A DNA stretch of 64,000 bases. It comes from a virus. Of the stretch, positions 1 through 9,400 are shown in pieces. Below the pieces are notes generated by a model, which saw only the letters and a list, made by a program, of their open reading frames with translations, made no database searches and was not told where the DNA came from. Made by a program: the position numbers and the translations under genes. The stretch is from positions 19,541 to 83,540 of IMG/VR virus record IMGVR_UViG_3300032288_004617; one strand, 5' to 3'. The stretch's first letter is position 1. Every line of letters starts with the position of its first letter.

Positions 1-952
1 CTTGTCCTGCTTTTTTCATAGCTTGTCCTTGCATTTTCATAGCTAGACCTTTGTCTCTTCTTGCTATTCCCTCTTTTTTAAGTTGTGCAGCTGTCTTACC
101 ACCATCACCAAACTTTTTAATTGTACCTCCTTTTTTCTTCATAGGTATCTCACCTTCCATCATACGCATCTTTTTAGATTCACCTTTTTCGTGTTTCATC
201 ATTGCTGACTTAGATGCATACTTCTCTCCTGTTTTTTTCTCAGATAAAAGTTTCCCTTTAAGTTTACCTATTTTCCCTCCTTTTTTCATATATTGTTTTA
301 TTTGTTTTTTTCTATAATCTTGGTTTTGTTTTTTAATCTTTTCTGCATATCCATCACTCATCGCACTACTCTTAAGACCTTCAACAGTTTTCATTGCATC
401 TTTTCTGCCTACTTCGTATCTAGTCACTTTAGTTGTAGTTTGTGCAGGTGTAACTCCTAAATTTACTTTCTTAACAACAACAGGAAAACTCTTTTTCCCT
501 GCAGCATATCCTACAGTGTCAATTGCATGTGAGAAGCTATCTCCCTCTAACCCCTTAGCAGTTTTTACAACAAGTCCTGATTTATCTGCTTTATATGTTT
601 GTCCTGTACCTTTGTTTTCAGCTCTTGTAACCTTACCTTTGTTGTTAGTTGTCAGATAAACGTCAGAAGAAGGTGACATTTTAGAGTTATTCAAATTAGA
701 TACATACCCTCCTTTATTTGGACTTTTTGAAACTGGTGCTGTAGTCTTTTTTTGTGCAGTCGTTGGTGTCTTTTCAACCTGTGCTACAGTTTTCTTTGGT
801 ACAGTTGCTTTACCTTTTGAAACAGGTGCTACAGTTTTCTTTGGTGCAAATACTTTACCTTTTGAAACCGGTGCTGCAGTTTTCTTTTGTGCAACCATTG
901 GTGTCTTTGAAACAGGTTTTTTTGGTGTTGTTTTTGGGTATGGAGTTGCCAT
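1..952 (-). CDS. Lys/Pro/Thr-rich basic (histone H1-like) protein, putative internal virion protein; runs off the window start (>317 aa)
   Basis: Missing from the ORF track because no stop falls in the window. Hand translation from ATG at 952 is open to base 2: MATPYPKTTPKKPVSKTPMVAQKKTAAPVSKGK...YMKKGGKIGKL...PMKKKGGTIKKFGDGGKT... Confidence 0.85.
   Translation of the reverse strand, partial: MATPYPKTTPKKPVSKTPMVAQKKTAAPVSKGKVFAPKKTVAPVSKGKATVPKKTVAQVEKTPTTAQKKTTAPVSKSPNKGGYVSNLNNSKMSPSSDVYLTTNNKGKVTRAENKGTGQTYKADKSGLVVKTAKGLEGDSFSHAIDTVGYAAGKKSFPVVVKKVNLGVTPAQTTTKVTRYEVGRKDAMKTVEGLKSSAMSDGYAEKIKKQNQDYRKKQIKQYMKKGGKIGKLKGKLLSEKKTGEKYASKSAMMKHEKGESKKMRMMEGEIPMKKKGGTIKKFGDGGKTAAQLKKEGIARRDKGLAMKMQGQAMKKAGQ
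725..922 (-). repeat. Degenerate 45-bp (15-aa) coding tandem repeat, ~4.5 copies
   Basis: KKTAAPVSKGKVFAP / KKTVAPVSKGKATVP / KKTVAQVEKTPTTAQ / KKTTAPVSK, plus a partial KKPVSKTPMVAQ. Confidence 0.9.
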
Positions 953-985
953 ATAATTATGATTTAGTTATTTATATTTTTATTA

Positions 986-2215
986 TTACTTCTTCTTTTT
1001 TGAAGTTTTAGCTAGACTTCCTATTGCCTCACTTGCAGCATATGCTTGAACTGCCTTTTTAACTATCTTCTTAGCTTTTGGAACTATTAGTTTTTTAGCA
1101 CTTGTCCCTGCTAGCTTTTTAGTACCTTCACCAAGTAATTTTTGAGTTCCAGAATTTAACAATTTAGGAGAAGATTTAGCTATTGCTTTTGGTGCTGCTT
1201 TAGTTAGTAATTTTTTAGAGCCTTCTGTAATTAGCTTTTTAGTAGCTGCTTTTGCAAGCATCTTAGTTCCTAGAGCTTTAACACCTCCACCTGGAGTCGC
1301 AGCCATTAAAAGTGTCTCCGTTAGTTCTCCTCTTAATTTAGGCATAATCTTAGTCATTTTTTGACTAATAGCATTTTTATATGCATCTCGTTCAACTTTT
1401 GAAAGATTATCTCGGCTCGATCTTCCTCCGGCCCAATTTTCATAAGTTGTCATTTTTTCAATATTTTTCCACTCATCTTCAGATAATTTTGCTCCACTGG
1501 CTCCTTTTTTAAGCAAATTATCTCCGGCTTTTTTCATAGTGACTTGAAAAGCTTTATATTTTTCTTCAGCTGTTTGTGGTTTTGCTTTTGCTGTTTGTGC
1601 CTTTTCCACCTTCTTTTTTAACGATTGCTTCAACTCTGTGCCTTTTTTCTTCATCTCTAGGCCTTTTTTCTTCATCTCTAGACCTCTAGAATACTTACCA
1701 AGTCCTAAAGCCTCAAGTCCAGCTTTTGTGCCTACCTTACTTTTAACTAATTGGTCTATAGTGGATCCTGCAGCTATCTTAGCCTTTACATTTTTAATAT
1801 ATGCATTCTTCTGAGCTTCACTTGAGAAACCTCCTGGTAAAGTTTTAGCTTTAACTTTTGCAACACTTACAGGTGCAACTTCCGCTTTTGAAGTTGGCAT
1901 CTTAATCTCACTCAACTTTTTGCTATCAGGAACTAATTCTGTCTGAAGCTTCATCTCTATATTATCAGGAGATTTTGGTGCTATAGGTTTATTATTTTGT
2001 GATACATTTTCAAATGAATCATTTGTTTTTATACCTACTTGTTTTCCACCTTCTTCGAACTTTCTAAGGGATCTTCCTTTAGTCTTTTTTGAAATAGGTT
2101 TAACTGCTATCTTTTTAGCAGAAGGTTTAGCCATAACTTTCTTAGTTGAGGCTTTTTTAGTCATAACTTTCTTAGCCATGACCTTTTTAGTTGTAATTTT
2201 TTTAGTTGTAGCCAT
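986..2215 (-). CDS. Lys-rich basic (histone H1-like) protein, putative internal virion protein
   Basis: N-terminal 5-aa repeats (TTKKITTKKVMAKKVMTKKASTKKVMAK), Lys/Ala-rich C-terminus and KFEEGG motif. ATG at 2215 preferred over the track's GTG at 2236. Confidence 0.75.
   Translation of the reverse strand: MATTKKITTKKVMAKKVMTKKASTKKVMAKPSAKKIAVKPISKKTKGRSLRKFEEGGKQVGIKTNDSFENVSQNNKPIAPKSPDNIEMKLQTELVPDSKKLSEIKMPTSKAEVAPVSVAKVKAKTLPGGFSSEAQKNAYIKNVKAKIAAGSTIDQLVKSKVGTKAGLEALGLGKYSRGLEMKKKGLEMKKKGTELKQSLKKKVEKAQTAKAKPQTAEEKYKAFQVTMKKAGDNLLKKGASGAKLSEDEWKNIEKMTTYENWAGGRSSRDNLSKVERDAYKNAISQKMTKIMPKLRGELTETLLMAATPGGGVKALGTKMLAKAATKKLITEGSKKLLTKAAPKAIAKSSPKLLNSGTQKLLGEGTKKLAGTSAKKLIVPKAKKIVKKAVQAYAASEAIGSLAKTSKKKK
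1641..1681 (-). repeat. 21-bp-period tandem duplication (GLEMKKK x2)
   Basis: ccttttttcttcatctctag at 1641-1660 and 1662-1681. Confidence 0.9.
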
Positions 2216-2260
2216 TTTTCTATTTCTTTTTTCCACTTTATTACTTTAATTAATTTATTA

Positions 2261-4483
2261 TTATGCTTCAGCATCAACTGATTGTTCTGTTGTATTTGTA
2301 GGACCAAGCCCTATTCTATTTAGATTATCATTATTTTTTATCTGGAAATCATAATACGGATCATAATTAACACCCATACCATAGTAATCTAAAGAATAAT
2401 CAGGAGTAAGATTTGATATCAAATTAAGTTGCTGAGTATTTGAGAAATTATTCATAGCTACATTATGATTGTATCTTAAATACTCTCTTAAATCAGCCTC
2501 TGTATTTGCTTTAGCCATTAAACTTCTTCCTTCAAAATTTAAAAGGTTTGATCCTTGAGCTATATTCTCTCTATCAGATTGTCCAATATTAAATTGTTCT
2601 GCTGCAGCTTGATTTTGAGCATTTGTTATATTTGCATTATAACTAGCTTCATTTTCATAACTTTGTGTTGTTGATAATAATGATGCCAATGCTGCAGCTC
2701 TTTGTGCAGGTGGTAAAGAGTCAACTTGACTTGCTAAAAAGTTTCTATTTTCAGCTGCTGACTGAAGTTGACGATCAATACCAATCTTAATAGGATCAAT
2801 TCTTTGAAACCTATTACTAACTAACATTTCAGGTTGTTGACCTGATGGAGGCAATACGCTTTGATCTGGAGTATAAAAAGCTCTTGCTCCTTTTTGTCTC
2901 GTACTCAAATCTACTTCATCCTTAATAGGTCCTTCTTCAGCAGGTGCTTTCGCTTCACCTTCATCAGGTGTATATACATTAATATTGTAATCAGACTCCT
3001 CACTTTTTATCTCTTTCAATCTTTTTACTCTATTTTGAGATTCAGGTGAAAGTTCTGCTAATATTTCTGGTGTTATTTGATTCGCAGTGTATACCCCTTT
3101 TGACTTAAGAAGTTTACTTTCTTCCGGTGTAACTAAGTCTAGTTTTAAACTATATCTTCCAGAAGTAAAGTTACCCATCTTCTTATCATATAATCTAATT
3201 CTTTCTTCCGGTGTTTTTGCCTTAGTTGGATCTTCTACGAAAGTTTCATTCTTTAAATAATCTTCTGCCTTCGCTACTGTTTCTTCACTGAAGTTATCTG
3301 GGTTTTTAATAATATCATTAGCAGATGCACGCATTCTTTTATCAGCTCTTTTCTGAAACTCTAATACAGCTGCTTGTTCTTTGTTTAAAGGTAGATTATC
3401 TTTAAATTTAACCTCTCCTTTTTTTAATGCCTCTTGATCTATATACTTTCCAAAAACTTTTTCGTCTGAAATAATATCAGGGAAATTCTCATATAAATTA
3501 ACTAAAATTGTTTGAGGATCTTTCTCAGTACCATAGTTTGTCTGATTAGATTTTTGGTAAACTCTTTCTTCATTTTTAAACTCATTGTCTACATAAGTCC
3601 CTCTTAATCTAGTTTTATCTTTAGCAGATGTAGTTGTTCCAGGATATTTCTGGTAATACTTCTTTAAAACATCATTATACTCAGTTTCAGAAATAGATCC
3701 TTCTATAGATGCTTTTCTTAAATCAGCATATATCTTATCTGCATCCTCTCCTGCTTCTATCCTCGTAATAAATTCTCCACCTTTATCAAAAAGTGGAAGA
3801 TCGTTCATTGCTCTTCTACCTTCCTCTTCAGAAAGATTATATTTCTTTAGTAAGTTTTGAAAAGCTTGTTCTTGGACTCCTCCAAATTTAAACTCTCCTT
3901 CTTGATTTTCTTGTTTCTTTTTTGACTCTTGAATATCAAATACCTTATCAAAGAATTTTTTTCTTTTGTCTTCTAATGGTTTCTTTTTAGACTCAATATC
4001 GTAAATCTTTTTAGATAAGTATTCATTATTAATTTGACTTGTGCCTTTATCAACAGCTTTCTTTTCTATCTCTTTCTTTAAAACAGAGAATACATCTTCT
4101 TGTTCATCATTTAACTTAGTCAGCCCAATCTTTTTTGAATACTTATCCAATGCAGATGCATATGTATCTTTTGTTGAAAAGTTTAAATCAAACTCTCCAC
4201 TTAATCTCTTTGCTTCAGATTTAGTTAAATGTATAGAATCTGAAACTACCTCTGTGTCTGTAGGTAGATTCACTTTTATACCTCCATTCTCATGTTTAGG
4301 GCCTTCTGCTTTCTTTACTTTTCCATTAGGATATTTCAAAAACTCATCCCCTTCAATCTCAGCATTAGGTTTCCTTGGATCATCTTTTCGTAATCCTGCT
4401 TCAACATCCCCTGTTAAAAGTTTCTCAATATTTTTATCAGAATCTTTTACTTCAATCTTGCTTATATCAAATCCTTTTGCCAT
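2261..4483 (-). CDS. Putative internal virion/ejection (cargo) protein
   Basis: 740 aa. NAEIEGDE...GPKHENGG motif and Gln/Ala/Asn-rich helical C-terminus; lies downstream of the muzzle gene, where crAss-like phages encode cargo proteins. Confidence 0.65.
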   Translation of the reverse strand: MAKGFDISKIEVKDSDKNIEKLLTGDVEAGLRKDDPRKPNAEIEGDEFLKYPNGKVKKAEGPKHENGGIKVNLPTDTEVVSDSIHLTKSEAKRLSGEFDLNFSTKDTYASALDKYSKKIGLTKLNDEQEDVFSVLKKEIEKKAVDKGTSQINNEYLSKKIYDIESKKKPLEDKRKKFFDKVFDIQESKKKQENQEGEFKFGGVQEQAFQNLLKKYNLSEEEGRRAMNDLPLFDKGGEFITRIEAGEDADKIYADLRKASIEGSISETEYNDVLKKYYQKYPGTTTSAKDKTRLRGTYVDNEFKNEERVYQKSNQTNYGTEKDPQTILVNLYENFPDIISDEKVFGKYIDQEALKKGEVKFKDNLPLNKEQAAVLEFQKRADKRMRASANDIIKNPDNFSEETVAKAEDYLKNETFVEDPTKAKTPEERIRLYDKKMGNFTSGRYSLKLDLVTPEESKLLKSKGVYTANQITPEILAELSPESQNRVKRLKEIKSEESDYNINVYTPDEGEAKAPAEEGPIKDEVDLSTRQKGARAFYTPDQSVLPPSGQQPEMLVSNRFQRIDPIKIGIDRQLQSAAENRNFLASQVDSLPPAQRAAALASLLSTTQSYENEASYNANITNAQNQAAAEQFNIGQSDRENIAQGSNLLNFEGRSLMAKANTEADLREYLRYNHNVAMNNFSNTQQLNLISNLTPDYSLDYYGMGVNYDPYYDFQIKNNDNLNRIGLGPTNTTEQSVDAEA

Positions 4484-5562
4484 TATAAAAATATTTGTCC
4501 GTTTTCAATCTTTGAAATTTTACCCTTGTAAGTTTTTCCTCCATATTTAAAATTTATAGAATCTCCTACTTGGTGTTTGAAAGATCCTCCACTCTTCATC
4601 TTTGGTAAGTCTTCTTCTTCCCCAGATTCTCCCTCTTCAGATTCTCCTAACAACTGTTGTGCTATTTGCATAACCTCTTGGTAAGTTTGTTGATCTACCC
4701 CTTGTTGTTTTAAGTATGCATCAATAGCTTCAATACTTCCTAACTTATCAACAAGCTGTTGAGCTATTTGCTCCATACGAGGTCCCTCTGCATTTTGAGA
4801 CTCTTGTCCTTGTTGTTCTGGAGTTTCTTGTTGCTCCTCTGCTCCCATTTGATTTTGGTCTTCTCCCATCATTTGGTTGAACATTCCACCACCATCTTCG
4901 AATTTAAAGAGACCTCCATACTTAAATGTACCTAATTCACTATTAGTCATATTCGCATTTGCAGTTTGTGAAGCATTTACATAACGTCTCTCTTGTTTCT
5001 TTTTGTTATACCAATCTTGTGCATAATTGTCCATTTTCTGGTTAGCGTATCCTGACATTCCTTCTCTAGCTAAACCTAAGCCTAAAGATAATGAATTGCC
5101 TATGATATCAAGATTCTTTCCTTTTGCTCCTTGTGGTGCTCCTAATGCCCTTCCTAAATTGTAAACTCTAGAATTTAAGTCACTACCTGTAGGACTTAAG
5201 TATGGCATATTATTTATGTCAAATGTTTTATTATTTATGTCAAATGACTTATTACCAGATTCCTTTAATTTATCTAAACCTTCAATCTCTTGGTTATTAC
5301 TTACAGCATTCATAGTACTTGTATGAAACTCTTTGTCTATAACCCCTGCAGTTTTTGCATCGTCTAGAGCTTTCATTTTATCATACTCAGTTGCCTTTGG
5401 ATCAGTTAATACTTGATACAGTGAGTCTGTATCGACTCCCATTCCTAAATCTTCTGTGCTACCTTTAACCCTGTACTTATCAGGATCTTCCATTACTTTT
5501 TTATATCTAGCATCTGCCCGATCATTCCTGTAGTCCTGAAACCAATTTGATAAATTATTCAT
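4483..5562 (-). CDS. Putative internal virion (cargo) protein
   Basis: 359 aa with an acidic/Gln-rich segment, four [FM]xxGG motifs and 1-bp stop/start coupling to the next gene. Confidence 0.6.
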   Translation of the reverse strand: MNNLSNWFQDYRNDRADARYKKVMEDPDKYRVKGSTEDLGMGVDTDSLYQVLTDPKATEYDKMKALDDAKTAGVIDKEFHTSTMNAVSNNQEIEGLDKLKESGNKSFDINNKTFDINNMPYLSPTGSDLNSRVYNLGRALGAPQGAKGKNLDIIGNSLSLGLGLAREGMSGYANQKMDNYAQDWYNKKKQERRYVNASQTANANMTNSELGTFKYGGLFKFEDGGGMFNQMMGEDQNQMGAEEQQETPEQQGQESQNAEGPRMEQIAQQLVDKLGSIEAIDAYLKQQGVDQQTYQEVMQIAQQLLGESEEGESGEEEDLPKMKSGGSFKHQVGDSINFKYGGKTYKGKISKIENGQIFL

Positions 5563-5567
5563 AATGA

Positions 5568-5612
5568 TAAAATTATGTATTTTTATTTTAGTTTAAAAAA
5601 TTATAGAAATTA
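5568..5612 (-). promoter_or_regulatory. Putative Bacteroidota-type promoter (variant -7 box TAATTTTA)
   Basis: TAATTTTA at 5568-5575, 5 nt before the ATG at 5562, with upstream TTTCTATAATTTTTTA. Confidence 0.4.
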
Positions 5613-5620
5613 TTGAAACT

Positions 5621-6475
5621 TTAAGAAGCAGGCCCTATTGAAAAAAGACTCTCTGCTTGTTGTGCTTCAAATGGTAACTCTTGTTTATACATATCCATAT
5701 TAACTTTACCAGCTTCTGTTGCTTTAGTATTTGGATCATCTGTATTATATGTTATTTTACTTAAAGCTTGAATAAATCCATTCTTACTTTCTTCTTTAGC
5801 TAACTCCTGTCTTGCTGTAGAATTCTTCTCTTTTTCAATCTTAGCTGTCTCTATTTCAAGTTGTTTTCTAAATTCCTCTGTTGTCAAAGGTGTTCCATTT
5901 TCAGAAACATTTAAGACTTCAAAGCGAGATGCTGATTGTGGCATACTTCCTCTCTCTAAATACCCTGTTGAATTATCACCACTGCCACTGGTATTATCTA
6001 TTTTAACATCTATATTAGAGGGATTGTATATTTCAGTTGCGTATTTACCTCCATCAAAACTTTTAAAAAACCCTTGTCTTTGAACACCTCTAACATTTTC
6101 ATTAGCAGGGCTTTCCCATTCAGTTGTAAAATAGTATGAGGCTTGTTCAGGTGATTCAAAGTTTCTACTTAAATAAGCTTTAGAATTAGACTCACTTAAA
6201 GCATAGTCTATTTGTCCTTTCCAATTAGACATGTCTCCATTTAAATAATTAACTAGACCTTTTCTTCTTGGACCTGTGTGTTGGAATAGCCCAATACCTC
6301 CACCTCCGTTCTTGCCTCCTTCTGTAATTGAAGCATTGAAATTACTTTCGTATTTTATATTCGCAAGCATACCTAATGCATGATTCTTAGATACCCCCTT
6401 TGATTGGAGGTAACTTAGAATCTCGTTAGGATCTACTGATCTATTAGCTACATCTTTTGCTCTTTCTGCTGCCAT
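5621..6475 (-). CDS. Virion-associated peptidoglycan hydrolase (phage tail lysozyme-like domain)
   Basis: GMLANIKYES..FN, GIGLFQHT, QIDYAL and F...WE.P motifs of the Phage_lysozyme2-type domain. Confidence 0.8.
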   Translation of the reverse strand: MAAERAKDVANRSVDPNEILSYLQSKGVSKNHALGMLANIKYESNFNASITEGGKNGGGGIGLFQHTGPRRKGLVNYLNGDMSNWKGQIDYALSESNSKAYLSRNFESPEQASYYFTTEWESPANENVRGVQRQGFFKSFDGGKYATEIYNPSNIDVKIDNTSGSGDNSTGYLERGSMPQSASRFEVLNVSENGTPLTTEEFRKQLEIETAKIEKEKNSTARQELAKEESKNGFIQALSKITYNTDDPNTKATEAGKVNMDMYKQELPFEAQQAESLFSIGPAS

Positions 6476-6485
6476 TTTTTAAAGT

Positions 6486-9400
6486 TTATTGTTCGTAATA
6501 CTCTCTTGTGTCACCCATAAATCTAAATAACATTTTAAATCTACTTTCAACATCATTTGTTAGCCTAATTAAAAAATGGTCACCTCTTAATCTATCTTTA
6601 TAGTTGTTTCTATAATCAAGAAGTCTTGAATCTAGTACCTTGTCAATTTGAGCACAGTCATTAATCCAAATAGGTAACCCACTTCTTTCATTTCTTATTA
6701 AGTTGTAAAGATAGTTAAAAGAATATTTACCTGCAATTTCAGATTGTAAAATATCTATAGAATTTGTATTAAATTTTGGATAAGATATTTGTTGACTCAA
6801 ATTGTTATTAATTTGTGTATTCAATTTCAACTGCCCTGAATTTTGAAAACTATTGTATACAATTGCTTTATTGAATCCAGATCCATAAATATCAGTGAAA
6901 TCCCATTTATTGTAATACTTTCTAACATCTAACCAATACTCAATATCTGTCAACACAGAATTTGTATATCTAGTTGTAAGTGGAAACTCAACTGTAAACG
7001 GATATAGTTTTCCGTAGAACACTTGGTAACTTGAAAGGAATGGTAAATGTGTCCATAACCCTATCTCTGAAGATGTTGTAGAGTAATTAATACCTGTTTG
7101 AAAGTAATTATTATATGCTATATAGTAATTAGGTTTAAATGAATAATAAGATATCCAAGTCTTCAATAAAGGAGAGTAACCTACTGTCCAAGAACACTCT
7201 TTAAAATAAGTAGGGTTCCCTAAAGCTATTTCTTGTATTGCATAAGTTGTCTCTATTTTTTGACACACTCCACAAATATCACCTGGAGATACGTCTACAA
7301 ATGTATCCGGACAAGTAACTTCCTGAACTGATTCGTAAAATATTGTCTCAGTTTCTGTAGAATAAATCACATTTAAATCTGCATCACTAGTAGCTGCTAT
7401 TAGTTCTGCTTTAGAATTATCAAATATTGCTGAACCGAACATGTAATCACCTCCAAAATTCCAACCTTCTACTTTTATATCGTGACATCCAGCAGTTAGT
7501 TCAATAGGATAGATGTGTCCTCTTACAAAAGCAATTGTATCACCTGAATTGTTTGGAGTGTGTTGCGGTTGCATAGCTGTCCAATCAGATTCCAATGCAA
7601 CAACACCATCAATAGAAAATCTGAATTTATTATCTGCAACTACAAATATGTAGTATGTCTTTGTTGTAGGTATACTAACTATACTTGTAGCCCCATACCA
7701 TACATTTGAAGGCATTTGATTTACTCCATAAAAAATAAATGCTAAATTACCCGTTAGAGTAGTTACACCAAATGTTGTAGGGTTTGATGTTGCAAATCTA
7801 AAAATAAGCTTTGGACCAACTTGTGTCACACTATAACCTAATCCAGCTAATGTTATACCGTGTGTTGTTATAAAATCTGTAGCCGTTTGAGTAAGACTTG
7901 TGTTGAATGTTGCTAAGTATCCAACCCCATTCAGCTCTATATTACATGTACCTGATGTATTTGTTAATATAATGCTTGTCTCTTTCATAGAAACAGTTTT
8001 ACCCAATCTATTTACATAGTTGCTATAAATTACACCATTTCCTGTCCAAAAGGGGTTTAATAGGTATTCGTATGTATAACCTGTTGGATACATTCCATCT
8101 ACCAATGCAGAACCATCTGGATTATATGCATCATACAGTGCAGGATATCTCCAACCATAAGCTGTACTTTTAGAATTCACTACAGTTATAGGAGTCCCTT
8201 GAGGTACCTTAGATGTAGTAGTTATTTTTGTACACACTCCATCTACAAGAGTATATCCAGTAGGACAAGGTACATCTACATAAAAACCAACTTCCTCATC
8301 ATATTCTAAAGTATCGTTTATAATTGAATAATCTTTTTTAGTCAGGAATAGTCTTTTTTGTCTTTCGTCCCACCCCATGGCAATACCTAATCCTTTGAAG
8401 TTGTTATCTATGTCTATATTTGGGAAACTGTTTAAAATTTTAAATGGTAAGTTCTCTTTAAACCATTTCTCTAAACCTGATGTAATCTCATCTAAAGACT
8501 TTCCACCTGGTGCTAAGTTGAAAACTTTACCTCTCTTAGCATCTACCCAAAAATGTCCGAAGTCACAACTAATTTTTGCATTATGTTGAGTTCCTGCATA
8601 TCCTAAATCAGTCTTATTGAAGTCAACCGCTCTTCCTGCAAATATACCTCCTTGTCCAAGATTCTTAGTTTCAGGAGTAAGTCTGTCTCGGATTTGGTCA
8701 ATTGATCCAAATATACTAACACCATTTGTAAATCTTGCTAAAATTTGCTCAGACTCTATACCATCCATCTCAATAAGTTTACCAAAACTTTTTGGAAATT
8801 GATATGTATTTAATGGTTTATATATTAACCAAGGATCAATTAAATCATTATCTGAAGAATCCGGTTCAGAGTATATAACACCATTTGGTTGGATACTTAA
8901 AGCATCATATTGTAATCTATTATACGTTGTTGGTAAAACTCTATGGGCTACCTCACTTGCTGTAGAAGAGTATACTGTATTGTAAAAATATGTGTTAGGT
9001 TCTTTAATACTTAAATTCTTCTCTTGTGTCCAATCTATTACATCATTCACATTAGGATAGAAGTTTTCATGGTATTCTCTTTTTGCGTATCTATAATTCA
9101 TATTATATTCAGATTCAACTAAGAAATATGGTATACCGTATGAATATAAGAAAAACTTTGATGGAGGTTTAATATAGAAACCTGTATTTCCTGACAATTG
9201 ATGTAGGTTATAAGTACTTCCATTAGAAGGCCATATAAATGAAGCTGTATAATTATCAGAGTCATTTATCATAAAATCTAGGAAAAATCTACCACTAGAT
9301 ACTGTATTTAGATGTGGATTTATATTAAAATTACTAGAGTATTCAAATGGAGTCAAAGGTGCTAATCCAAAAGCATCTGTTTTAAAGAATGGAAACTTTC

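Noticed and set aside
725-922. Possible CRISPR-like array
   Set aside because: It is an in-frame coding tandem repeat with no unique spacers, and there is no cas operon. The PD-(D/E)XK nuclease lacks the Cas4 Cys cluster.
5209-5246. 21-bp-period duplication (FDINN x2)
   Set aside because: A real but trivial in-frame slippage duplication.
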